From NCBI GenBank assembly GCA_963664405.1, contig OY761158.1, forward strand, positions 5,152,001 through 5,216,000: 64,000 nucleotides of DNA, written 5' to 3'. Positions 9,952 to 19,679 of this stretch are shown here, piece after piece. A program made the position numbers and the translations under genes. Position 1 is the stretch's first letter; every line of letters starts with the position of its first letter. Source of the DNA: Thermoanaerobaculia bacterium (GTDB lineage: Bacteria > Acidobacteriota > Thermoanaerobaculia > Multivoradales > Multivoraceae). The notes beneath the pieces were generated by a model. That model made no database searches. It worked only from the letters and a program-made list of their open reading frames with translations, and was not told the origin of the DNA.

Positions 9952-10100
9952 CTCTTTCTGGGGACACCACGTCGATCTGTCGCAACATCGTTTCTCGGTC
10001 GCCCGATTGTACGCCGACGCAGACAAGGAGATGCAAAGGGTGAAGGCGGATACGGTCGCGGCACCCGACGCGCTGACACAGATGTGGCAACGACAGCAGC

Positions 10101-10472
10101 GTGAGCGAGAACGGCAGCGCGGGCCGGAGCGGGACTTTGGCCCGAGCCGGTAGCGGCGGCAGCCAGACAGCGCCCGACCGCCCAGAAAGGCGCCTGGCGA
10201 TTTACCTCCGCGATGACATGGCCTGCGTCTACTGCGGGACTGGTATTGAAGAATCTTGCAGCCTGACGCTTAACCACGTCCGACCACCCAGCAAGGGCGG
10301 CACTAACGCCGCCTCAAATTTCGTCACAGCCTGCCGCCGCTGCAGCTCATCACGCGGCGTCAAGAGCGTGCGAGCCTTCGGCGGCCAGCCCGCCGTGACT
10401 CGCGTCAGACGTCAGACACGGCGGACGCTTCCGCTGGCAGAAGCTCGACGCTTGATTGCCTCGCGCGGCTAG
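10101..10472 (+). CDS. Small phage-type HNH protein with degenerate active site
   Basis: IYLRDDMACVYCG...LNHVRP..GG...NFVTACRRCSSSRG. Confidence 0.75.
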   Translation: MSENGSAGRSGTLARAGSGGSQTAPDRPERRLAIYLRDDMACVYCGTGIEESCSLTLNHVRPPSKGGTNAASNFVTACRRCSSSRGVKSVRAFGGQPAVTRVRRQTRRTLPLAEARRLIASRG

Positions 10473-12181
10473 AAATGACCGCCTACGTCCGCGACGCACG
10501 CCGTTCACGCTGTTGGCGCAACGGAGCTAACCTGTCTACGAAAGTGAATCAAGCCCAGCGCAGGACTTTCCGCCGAAGCGATGTGCGGCGGGTATGGGAG
10601 CGCCAAGGTCGAGTATGTGTGCTCTGCGCGCGAGCGATTCCATTCGACCTTATGCACGGCGACCACGTCAAACCATGGAGCCATGGCGGAGCCACCTCCC
10701 TGGAGAACTGCCAAGCCCTGTGCGGAAGCTGCAACCTCAGAAAGGGCTCGCAGCCGCAGCAAGTGACCGAGCGATCCTTCAAAGCGAACCAGATCGCCGC
10801 AGGATGCGGTGAGTTGCGGCGTTGGCAGAAGGAGGCGCTTAGTGAAGTCTTTACCAAAATCCTGAAAGAACCAGTACTGGTTGAGGCGTGTCCTGGCGCT
10901 GGGAAGACTCACTTTGGGCTTGAGGTTGCCTACAGGATGATTCAAGACGATTCGATTAGCCGGGTATTCGTGTTTGTCCCGAGCCTGGGAATCGCAGACG
11001 GCTGGCTGGACGCGGCGTCCTCAACTAATGAGACTTCACCGACGGTGCCATTACTTGGGCCACGCAAGTGGAGGCCGGTACAGCCAATCTTGGAACGGTG
11101 GGCAGGAGCAGTCGCTACTTATCAGAGCCTATTCGCCGCCCCCGACATGTTTTTGGCCCATGCTGCTGATCCAGGGCACCGAACGCTCGTGATCTTCGAC
11201 GAGATTCATCATGCGGGGGCTGACTCTGGCTGGGGGATCAGCGCACAAGAGGCATTCGGACGAGTCGCGACCGCGATTCTGAGCCTGACTGGTACACCGT
11301 TTCGCACCAATCGCGATGCGATCGTCCTCGTCCCAAGTGAGGGTGGGTCAGCAAGCCCTCACTATCGCTACGGGTATGATTGCGCCCTTGATGATAACGC
11401 CTGCCGACCGGTGCAATTCGTCTTCGGGCGCGGAAGCACGATGTTTCGATCCGAGGACGGAGTTGTCCATGAGGTCAGTTTTGATGACGAGCTAACCGCG
11501 CTTGGCGATCGTCGCCGCCTCAGGACCGCTCTCGAACACGTTGAGACAGGATCGATCGCCCATTTGTTGCTGGCGGATGCGAATGAACACATCCTGAATC
11601 TACGCCGAAGCGGTGATGCGGATGCGGCCGGACTCGTAGTGTGTGTGGATTGCAGCCACGCCGATCGCGTTGCCGAATTCATGGGAACCGAAGTGTTGAG
11701 CCGACGTCCCGTTGTGGCTTGCTCGAGGCTCTACGACCCCGGCGATCCAGAACCAGCGAACGCGATCAAGAGGTTTCGCAGGAGCCACCAGCCCTGGATT
11801 GTGGCGGTGAACATGGTGTCGGAAGGAATCGACATCCGCCGATTGCGTGTGGTGGTCTACCTGACAAACAGGCTCACCGCGCTGAGCTTTCGACAAATTG
11901 TCGGTCGTGTGGTGCGTATCGATCCAGCCAATGTTGATGACCACGGAAGAGTGTACCTACCGGCAGATCCGAGCCTAACATCGATGGCGCGCATGATAAC
12001 GACGGAGGTCAAGCTTCTGCCTCCACCGATGGTGCTCGAACGTAACGGAAGAGAAATAGGGCCCGTTCGCATTAGCGATGATGGTAAATCGGTTGAACGC
12101 GTTGCGTTCGAGTCGCTTCGCTCTGTGGGGCAGCGCGGTGCTGTGGCGGATTCCAAAGGACGTCGGGCGGATGAGCGACTA

Positions 12182-13420
12182 GTACACGTGAACACAATTA
12201 GTGGAACGTATTATCTGTGGCATACTAGACACCGAGGAGGTCCTCGGTATGCCCAGAAAGAGCCCCTTTACTATCGTTCTTTCCCCGGGAGAACGTGCGT
12301 CCCTGGAGACGAGAGCACAGAAGTATACGTTACCGTATCGGGATGTCATGCGGGCCAAGCTCGTCCTGCTGGCCGCCGAAGGCTGGGAAAACAAGGACAT
12401 CGCGGCCGCCCTTCAACTCACGCGGCCCAAGATCTCGAAGTGGCGAAAACGCTTCTTCTATCAACGACTTTCGGGATTAGAGGATCAATCCCGCGGAGGC
12501 CGCCCCTCCGATTTCCCCCCCTGCGATCATCGCTGAAGTCAAAGCGCTGGCCTGCCAGCTGCCCGCCACGCAGGGACTTCCTCTGTCGCGGTTCAGCCGC
12601 CGCGAGTTGCGTCGCCATGTCCTCGAGCAGGGCATCGTCGCCGAGATCTCGGGCACGACCATCTGGCGCTGGCTGTCGCAAGACGCGATTCGACCGTGGA
12701 GCTACCGGAGCTGGATCTTCCCTCGCGATCCCGATTTCGCCGACAAGGCCGGCCGAGTCCTGGATCTGTACGACGGTCGGTGGAAAGACAAACCCCTCCA
12801 GGAGGGGGATTTCGTCCTCTCCGCCGATGAGAAGGCGGGCCTGCAGATCCGCAAGCGACGCCATCCGAGTCGGCCGCCTGGCGCGCGCCAAGCGCTTCGC
12901 TTCGAGCACGAGTACCGCCGCCGCGGCACCTGTGCGTACCAAGCGGCCTGGGATGTCCATCGGGCACGCCTCTTTGGCCACGTCGTCGAACGATCGACGA
13001 TCGACTGCTTTGATGCCCTGGTCGCTTCGGTCATGGGCACCGAACCCTACAGATCGGCGAAGCGAGTCTTCTGGATCGTCGACAACGGCACGGTCCACCG
13101 CGGCCAGCGTGCTGTGGACAGGCTCCACTCCCAGTGGCCCAAACTCATCCTCGTGCACTTGCCCGTGCACGCCAGCTGGCTGAATCAAATCGAGATCTAC
13201 TTCTCCGTGCTCCAGCGAAAGGCCCTCACACCCGACGACTTCGACTCCCGCGAAGACATCACCCAGCGAATCCTCGACTTCCAAGATCACTACCAGACAA
13301 TCGCTCAGCCATTCCAGTGGAGCTTCACCCGTAATGACCTCGAACGCCTCCTCCAACGGTGCCCCTCTTTCGCTCATGCAGCTTGAGAGAATACGTTCCA
13401 GAACTTCCGTCCCGGAGTAC
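12182..13420 (+). mobile_element. IS630-family insertion sequence in a CTAG target
   Basis: Ends GTAC...TGGAACGTATT / AATACGTTCCA...GTAC; TA duplicated at 12180-12181 and 13421-13422. Confidence 0.92.
12249..13386 (+). CDS. IS630 transposase in two ORFs with a +1 shift at TTTCCCCCCC (about 12512-12521)
   Basis: HTH ORF, then SADEK, EHEYRRRGT, IVDN, HASWLNQIEIYFS. Confidence 0.88.
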
Positions 13421-13537
13421 TAGTCGAGCTGGCGCGAGCCTACATCAGGAGACAGGGACTGACGGGAACCGATCCCGTGAGTCTGGCGCTTGCTGCTTCG
13501 GAGAATGAGAGGCTCCGTCATGCACTGGAACAGTGCG

Positions 13538-15013
13538 ATGTCTGAACAAGTCAAGGGTCCAACGGTCGTCCTCGTTGGAGGCGCTATCACCCTCGATTCA
13601 GGGGAGCGAATCGACTCCAGGCAACCCCTAGCAGATGACAAGTGGGACTTCATCCTTCGGTCAGCACTGGCTGGTTCTGAGCTTTGGTGGGAGGCCGCGC
13701 GGAAGCTGGTGGATGTCATCCTCGACGAAGACCAAACGGATGGAGCTTGGGCGCTTACCTGGGCGCCCAAGACGCTGTGGCAGCCGAAGGCTGACGGTTC
13801 CGCGAAACGCATTCGGATACGGGCCGCTCTCCAAAAGTGCGTGTCGTTGATGGATCTGCGGTATCAGATAGAGATAGGCGGCTACGGTAAGGTAGTGCCC
13901 CGTCAAGTCAAAATAAACGCATCCAAGACGACAGCGCGATACCGTGTGCTAGAACACCCCTTCCGGTACGAGCACTTGGTAGCCTCTCGGCCTCCGACGG
14001 TCTTCTTTGGTGCACACCCCACGGCGTGGGACCAGGAAGGGTTATCGCCATTTGGTGATGTTCTAAGAAAGTGGCCGAACACGGTGTTCGTGCTGGCCCA
14101 CACGCCCCTGATGGAAGCCACGATTGCCAGGGTGCAATCCTGGTTCTCGAACGGACGAAAGCCGCGAAACAGGAATTCTAACGTTAGTAGGAGACAGGAG
14201 AAAGCAGATGAAGAGTTCTTCGCATCGATGAAGGATTTCAGCCACCACAGGCCAATGGTGGTGGATGCGGATTTCAGCCTTACGTATTTCCTTGACAGCG
14301 GGTCACCAGGAAGCGCGGCTGACCTGGACGCTGCGCTAACCTTCGTCTTGAGCCGTTATGACCTGAATATTGGACTGTGGGATCTCGCTCGTGATCCGGG
14401 ATTGCGTGAGAGCTTGCTGTCTCCTGAAGAACTTGAATCTGCGCCGTCCCATCAGGCCTCGATGCCGGTCAAGCTGAGTGCTATCGCGACTGAAGCGAAG
14501 TTGGCATGGGAGAAGCAACGGCGATCGGAAAGGGTTGCCCGACGACAGCTTCATAACTCGGTGTGGCCCCTTCTCAAAGACCGGGAATGGCGAACCTTGA
14601 ACCGCAAATCTGAAGGTAGGACCTACGTGCTTCCGAAGGGTAAGCCCGTCAAGTGGGCCGATATATATGATCCGTCACCAATCCTCTACTTTGCGCTGGA
14701 TGTGACCATGCAACAGGCGGTACTGCGCCTAAAGGCAGCACCGTTCGGATTCGAAGGCATACCGGAGTACCTTCATGAGCACGGCGACGGACTACGAAGA
14801 ATAACTGGCGAGAGGCCTACTGAAATGGTCATTTGTCGCTTTCAAGATCATGGATGGAAAAGAGAACTTGGTGACTGGGATCAGACGGTCCAAGTCGTAG
14901 ATGCCGTCGTCAAGTTTCTTGATCTTACGATTTCCACTTTGAGGTCGAAGGCGGAAGAGCAGTTTGCCGACTTCAGATCGAAGAACCCACCGCGAGAAAC
15001 GACCAGGTCATGA
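13538..15013 (+). CDS. Hypothetical protein (491 aa), translationally coupled to the HNH-helicase
   Basis: Long ORF with island-like composition; ATG overlaps the restored helicase stop (ATGTCTGA); no recognised motif. Confidence 0.75.
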   Translation: MSEQVKGPTVVLVGGAITLDSGERIDSRQPLADDKWDFILRSALAGSELWWEAARKLVDVILDEDQTDGAWALTWAPKTLWQPKADGSAKRIRIRAALQKCVSLMDLRYQIEIGGYGKVVPRQVKINASKTTARYRVLEHPFRYEHLVASRPPTVFFGAHPTAWDQEGLSPFGDVLRKWPNTVFVLAHTPLMEATIARVQSWFSNGRKPRNRNSNVSRRQEKADEEFFASMKDFSHHRPMVVDADFSLTYFLDSGSPGSAADLDAALTFVLSRYDLNIGLWDLARDPGLRESLLSPEELESAPSHQASMPVKLSAIATEAKLAWEKQRRSERVARRQLHNSVWPLLKDREWRTLNRKSEGRTYVLPKGKPVKWADIYDPSPILYFALDVTMQQAVLRLKAAPFGFEGIPEYLHEHGDGLRRITGERPTEMVICRFQDHGWKRELGDWDQTVQVVDAVVKFLDLTISTLRSKAEEQFADFRSKNPPRETTRS

Positions 15014-15313
15014 AGTCCAGCGCCTCAAGGCCCGCGGTTTCCCTAGTCAGGGTACCGACCAGATCGGGGTCTGAACTCCTGGCCGGAAAGAAGCTAGACG
15101 CGCCGCCGCCACGCCAGATCAGCCGGACGTACAAGCAGGCCCAGAAGGCGCGTCACAAAGGGACCACACCGCTGCCATTGGACTTAGGCTCGACAACGAC
15201 CAAGCCGAGATGAAGGCCAAACTGAACCGCCGGCTGGCGAGGCGCTCGCTGAAAGCATCGCGCGAGAACACGCCGCCATGAGTCGCCTGAGCAACCAGCT
15301 GCACGAGGACGCC

Positions 15314-16694
15314 GAGCTATGGTCGAAAGTTGTGTATGCGGAGGTTGAAGGCGGCGTATCCTGAGGTTGTTCAACGACCTTGGGACCTTCCGGAGAAGGA
15401 GGATACGCCGTGGTTCAGGGTAACGCAGAGCGCTTCAGAGAGCCAGGTACAGCGAGTGTGGATGACGCCTTGACCGAGGTGCTGCGACAAGGAGCCCAGG
15501 AGCTGCTCCGGGTGGCGGTCGAGGCGGAAGTGGGCGAGCTGCTCGAGCACTACGCAGAGGAGCGCGACTCAGCCGGTAGACAGAGGCTGGTGCGCAACGG
15601 GCATCTGCCGGAGCGGTCGATTCAGACTGGAATCGGCGACGTCCCGGTGCGAGTCCCGCGAGTGCGGGACCGGGGTGAGACAGAGGAGCCGATCCGCTTC
15701 GAGTCGAAACTGGTGCCGCGCTACCTTCGCAAGTCCAAGAGCATCGAGGAGCTGCTTCCGCTGCTGTACTTGCGCGGCATCTCGACGGGCGACTTCGGTG
15801 AGGCACTCAGCGCTCTGCTTGGGCCCAACGCGAAGGGTCTGTCGGCCTCCACGATCAGCCGGCTGAAGAAGGACTGGCTCCAGGAATTCGAGAGCTGGTC
15901 CAAGCGCGACCTGGGTCGCCAGCAGATTGTCTACCTGTGGGCCGACGGGATCTACTGCAACGTCCGCTTCGACGACGCCCGGCTATGCCTCCTGGTGCTG
16001 ATCGGCGCTGACGAAACGGGCAAGAAGCGACTCTTGGCGGTTCAGGAGGGCTATCGCGAGAGCGAGCAGTCTTGGCGGGAGATCTTGATGGATCTCAAGC
16101 ACCGCGGCGTAGCCGTCTCGCCCAAGTTGGCGGTCGCGGATGGTGCCCTGGGCTTCTGGAAGGCGATCACGAAGGTATTCGGCGACACCCGCACCCAGCG
16201 TTGCTGGATGCACAAGACCGGGAATGTCCTGAACTCCCTGCCGAAGTCGACGCAGCCCAAGGCGAAGAAGGCCTTGCACGAGATCTGGCAGGCGGAGACG
16301 AGGGCGAAAGCCTATGAGGCGTTCGATGCCTTCGTAGAGACCTACGAAGCGAAGTACCCGCGAGCCGCCGAGTGCCTGACTAAAGACCGGGACGAGCTCC
16401 TCGCCTTCTACGACTTTCCCAGCCAGCAGTGGCCTCATCTCCGAACGACCAATCCCATCGAATCGACGTTCGCCACCGTCCGTCTTCGCACTGCCAAGAC
16501 CAGGGGATGTCTGTCGCGAGAGACCATGCTCACCATGGTCTTCAAGCTCACTCAGAGTGCCGAGAAACGATGGCGACGACTCAGAGGGTTCCACCATCTC
16601 GCTGAAGTTGTCGGGGGAGTCCAGTTCGTCGACGGAGAACATCCATCAACCATCGCCGCCTGATGCCCCCGTACCCAACATTTGACAATAACTC
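15314..16694 (+). mobile_element. IS256-family insertion sequence
   Basis: Imperfect IRs GAGCTATGGTCGAAAGTTG / CAACATTTGACAATAACTC; perfect 9-bp TSD GAGGACGCC at 15305-15313 and 16695-16703. Confidence 0.95.
15410..16663 (+). CDS. IS256 transposase
   Basis: RNGHLPER, YLWADG, VADGALG, QRCWMHK, LRTTNPIES; RBS AAGGAGG before GTG. Confidence 0.95.
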   Translation: MVQGNAERFREPGTASVDDALTEVLRQGAQELLRVAVEAEVGELLEHYAEERDSAGRQRLVRNGHLPERSIQTGIGDVPVRVPRVRDRGETEEPIRFESKLVPRYLRKSKSIEELLPLLYLRGISTGDFGEALSALLGPNAKGLSASTISRLKKDWLQEFESWSKRDLGRQQIVYLWADGIYCNVRFDDARLCLLVLIGADETGKKRLLAVQEGYRESEQSWREILMDLKHRGVAVSPKLAVADGALGFWKAITKVFGDTRTQRCWMHKTGNVLNSLPKSTQPKAKKALHEIWQAETRAKAYEAFDAFVETYEAKYPRAAECLTKDRDELLAFYDFPSQQWPHLRTTNPIESTFATVRLRTAKTRGCLSRETMLTMVFKLTQSAEKRWRRLRGFHHLAEVVGGVQFVDGEHPSTIAA

Positions 16695-18049
16695 GAGGAC
16701 GCCAGACGGCGGTTCGAAGACCTGGGGCGGATTCTACTGGGTCGCGTTACTACGTTCCGGGATCATCCCACCGCTCAGGTACGTCCCGACTTCTCGCCGA
16801 ACGTCTTCACAGGCCGATCAGTTACCGACGCAGACATCACCGGCGATGTACATATTGGTTATCAGAACAACCACGGGGAGTTAACAGGCATCGCCGTTGC
16901 CGAGGTGGGAGGTTCACGCACTGGTCTGATCGGGCCCGACTACGAGAAGCTGGAGGCTCTCGCGCTATCGATGGCCAAGGTCCAGCCGTTCCAATTAACA
17001 GCGAGCCTCAAGTTCTTGCGGAGGCAGATCTTCGAGTGGATACTGGAACGCCATCGTGGGCAGAGTTCCGTAGGGTGCGTGGACTATGTTCTGCGGGTGT
17101 TGGAGAGCAAGGCGGCGGAACATCGCCTGCTCTTTCCGGTGTCTGACCTCCACGTGCAGTCCACACTGACGCTCGGGTCGGTCACGGTGTCGACTTTCCC
17201 GGAGAGCATCTTCGAGAGGCTTGAATCCAAGCAGATTGATGGCCAGTCTTCCGCCGCACATGCTGAGTTGTGCCAGTCGATGCGGAGAGACTTTCAGGGT
17301 CTCGCGGTCGCGGAGACGTGCGTATTCGGAGAGCCGATTCGAGCGAAAGAAATCGCTAGTGACCGAGTGGAGTTGGCGGTCGGAGTACTTCGCTTCTTTG
17401 CACCAAGCCATATAGTTCCTGGGGTTACATCAAGGGTTGCTCTCTGGGGTTACGCGCCGATCCGGACCTCCCGGGTGTTCGTTGTCGACGCGTCGGGGAA
17501 GTTCTTGATGACTACCGGTGCGATTATTGACCGCCCAGGGACCATGGTAGTTGGCGATGGTACGCGTGACATCTTGCTCGATGCTGGCCTTTCGGAAGCA
17601 TGCGATATCGTCGGCCGCGATTCACGCACCGACCTTGAGGAGGCGCTTCTGACCGGTATGGTTACGTTCGGTCGGGCTGCACTCACCCCAGATCTCGGAG
17701 AAAGGATGATCTGGTACTGCGCGGGGCTGGAGTCGATTCTGCTGAAAGATAGCTCAGAAGCGATTCTGAGCAACTTGAGCGACCGACTGGTGATGTTTGG
17801 CTATGACACGGTTGACGAGCGCACTGCCGCGTCGAAGGATATTAAAAAGGCGTATTCGCTTCGGTCACGGTTCGTCCATCACGGTGGCGAGATCGAAGAT
17901 GGTGAGATCGTGACCCAATTCGCTCGTCACGGTCTGCTGCTCTTCAGCCGAATCGCCAAGGACGTCGCCCGCTTCAGCAGTAAGGTCGAGCTCCTTGACT
18001 ATATTGACCGCATGAGATTGTCAGGTGTCTCGCAGTGAGTGCCTTCAGC

Positions 18050-18150
18050 ATGCACAAAGGATCGGTTTTGCAACGATTCGGTGACGGACGTGGTTTCAAG
18101 GGCTTAGGCGTTGCAAAACCCTATTGCAGAATCAATGTATTTTGCAATAC
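18050..18150. promoter_or_regulatory. res-like recombination site upstream of the resolvase
   Basis: Repeated half-sites GGTTTTGCAACG, CGTTGCAAAACC, TTGCAGAA...TTTTGCAA. Confidence 0.65.
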
Positions 18151-18159
18151 CATTACGCA

Positions 18160-18714
18160 ATGTTGCTTGGTTACGCTCGCGTTTCCACCGATGAGCAGGA
18201 CACCGCCGCTCAAGTCGCCGCGCTCGAAGCCGCTGGCTGCGAGCGCATCTTTCGCGAGAAGGCTTCCGGCGGTCGTTGGGACCGCCCCCAATTCCTCCGG
18301 CTCCTCCATCAACTCCGCGCCGGGGATGTGGTCGTGGTCTGGAAGCTGGATCGCCTGTCGCGCTCTCTGCGCGACCTGCTCACCATCATGGAGCAGCTCG
18401 GGGAAGCCGGAGCCGGATTCCGCAGCTTGACCGAAGCCATCGACACAACCACTGCGGCAGGCCGCATGATGATGCAAATGGTGGGAGCCTTCGCGGAGTT
18501 CGAGCGCGCCATGCTGCGGGAACGCACTCAGGCCGGAGTCGATACCGCCCGGCAGCAAGGCCGCGTCGGCGGTCGCCCCCCCAAGCTCTCCCCGCAACAA
18601 CAATCCGAGATTCGTAAGATGGTTTCCGAAGGCGGGAAAACAGCCGCCGCTGCTGCACGCCTCTTCAACGTCCATCCAGCCACCGTCTCGCGGCTGCTGG
18701 AGCGAGAGCCCTAA
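18160..18714 (+). CDS. Serine recombinase (resolvase/invertase)
   Basis: LGYARVST, VWKLDRLSRS, FAEFERAM, C-terminal HTH. Confidence 0.95.
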   Translation: MLLGYARVSTDEQDTAAQVAALEAAGCERIFREKASGGRWDRPQFLRLLHQLRAGDVVVVWKLDRLSRSLRDLLTIMEQLGEAGAGFRSLTEAIDTTTAAGRMMMQMVGAFAEFERAMLRERTQAGVDTARQQGRVGGRPPKLSPQQQSEIRKMVSEGGKTAAAAARLFNVHPATVSRLLEREP

Positions 18715-18720
18715 CAGCCT

Positions 18721-19257
18721 GTGTCCCTCGACCCTCAAATCCCGCTCTGCTGCCCCTGCGGGAGTCTGCGACTCTTTTGCCGGGGGTGGTGTAGGACTTG
18801 CTACGAGCGCCGCCGCCGCTCGCGCGGCCGCTTCGGCGGCTTGCGCGAGAGAATCCTGGTCCGCGACCACCATCGTTGCCGCGTGTGCGGGGCCCGAGAA
18901 CCTCTGGTCGTCCATCACCGCCACCGGCGCAATGTCTTCGCGGTCCTGATCACCCTCTGCGCCGCCTGTCACTCACGGCTACACCGGCTCGGGGCCATCG
19001 ACCGCTGGGTCCCCGAACTCCTCGCAGAGTTGTGGGCCGAGCAACACCCCGGCGTGCCGCTTCAGATCCAGTTCTCCGAGGGTGTCGGAGGCTATGAGCG
19101 AGCCGCAAGCACTGATGCGAACCCTGCCGGGACTGGGGCTGATCGTGACCGGACCACCATACGCGACGCTGGCAAGGAAGGGACCAAGAAGCGCCCCACG
19201 GAGCGTGGGAAAGAACCTGTCGGCGGTGCACAGAGCATTCTGCCCGGCGCGTTGTAA
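18721..19257 (+). CDS. Small Cys-rich HNH endonuclease-like protein
   Basis: CPCG..CRTC, RDHHRCRVCG, VVHHR..N..LITLCAACHSRLH; C-terminal tail may be spurious. Confidence 0.7.
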   Translation: MSLDPQIPLCCPCGSLRLFCRGWCRTCYERRRRSRGRFGGLRERILVRDHHRCRVCGAREPLVVHHRHRRNVFAVLITLCAACHSRLHRLGAIDRWVPELLAELWAEQHPGVPLQIQFSEGVGGYERAASTDANPAGTGADRDRTTIRDAGKEGTKKRPTERGKEPVGGAQSILPGAL

Positions 19258-19411
19258 GAGGGAGGGGAAGGACTCCGACGGTGCGGCAGTACAGGGAACT
19301 GGTTCGTTCAAGAACGACAACATACTTTTATCGTGCTATAAAAGAGGGTAGATTTACTACCCCGGGCTGTAGGCCCCATTGAGCGTATACTTGTAACGGG
19401 TAACGCGCGTT

Positions 19412-19534
19412 ATGGCAAAGACTCCGAAGTTGACTGACTCGAAGGCACGCGCCGCCGAACGCCAGCGCCGCTTTCGAGCGCGGCGCAAGGTTGAAAAGTT
19501 GGCAGCCGAGCAGAGCGCCCAAGGACGACCCTAA
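19412..19534 (+). CDS. 40-aa basic peptide, possible small DNA-binding protein
   Basis: MAKTPKLTDSKARAAERQRRFRARRKVEKLAAEQSAQGRP; preceded by GTAAC repeats; below ORF-track cutoff. Confidence 0.4.
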   Translation: MAKTPKLTDSKARAAERQRRFRARRKVEKLAAEQSAQGRP

Positions 19535-19592
19535 GGCCGCTACGGTCATAAGGCTCGGCAATTCCGGTTGGCACGGTTTTCTTACGTCGTCT

Positions 19593-19613
19593 CGATTACG
19601 AAGCGATTACGAA
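19593..19613. repeat. Tandem 10-bp direct repeat, integrase arm-site candidate
   Basis: CGATTACGAA-G-CGATTACGAA about 70 bp from the tRNA 3' end, with an AT-rich tract between. Confidence 0.6.
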
Positions 19614-19679
19614 CAGGAACTAGCCGAGGTTGATGTAGTCGAGATGTATCTATAAACCGTTGTAAATAATGATTTTATA

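Larger units (their letters stand above)
10475..13545 (+). pseudogene. HNH nuclease-SF2 (ResIII-like) helicase fusion interrupted by IS630; restored length 609 aa
   Basis: CVLC..HGDHVKPW..GG..NCQALCGSCNLRKG; Q motif LRRWQ, PGAGKT, DEIHH, LTGTPFR, SEGID, QIVGRVVR; IS removal gives ..DERL|VELARAY..CDV*. Confidence 0.88.
15278..18038 (+). pseudogene. ApeA-like HEPN-domain protein interrupted by IS256 after codon 12; restored length 456 aa
   Basis: MSRLSNQLHEDA|RRRFEDLG... joins the 16905-18038 ORF in frame; C-terminal AGLESIL...AYSLRSRFVHHG (Rx4H). Confidence 0.85.

Noticed and set aside
9948-9969. GATTCTCTTTCTGGGGACACCA as a tRNA 3'-end att remnant at the HsdR_N break
   Set aside because: No T-arm and no match to the tRNA-Thr here; too short to support
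10475-13183. 902-aa ORF as a genuine giant helicase with a novel C-terminal domain
   Set aside because: Everything after 12181 is an off-frame read of IS630; the real C-terminus is at 13423-13545
15010-15213. 67-aa ORF overlapping the stop of the 491-aa gene as a third operon member
   Set aside because: The ATGA overlap is suggestive, but the product is low-complexity and motif-free; cannot be supported
18721-19257. HNH protein as an IscB/Cas9-like RNA-guided nuclease
   Set aside because: Too short, no RuvC or PLMP motifs, and no room for an upstream ncRNA (6 bp after the resolvase)
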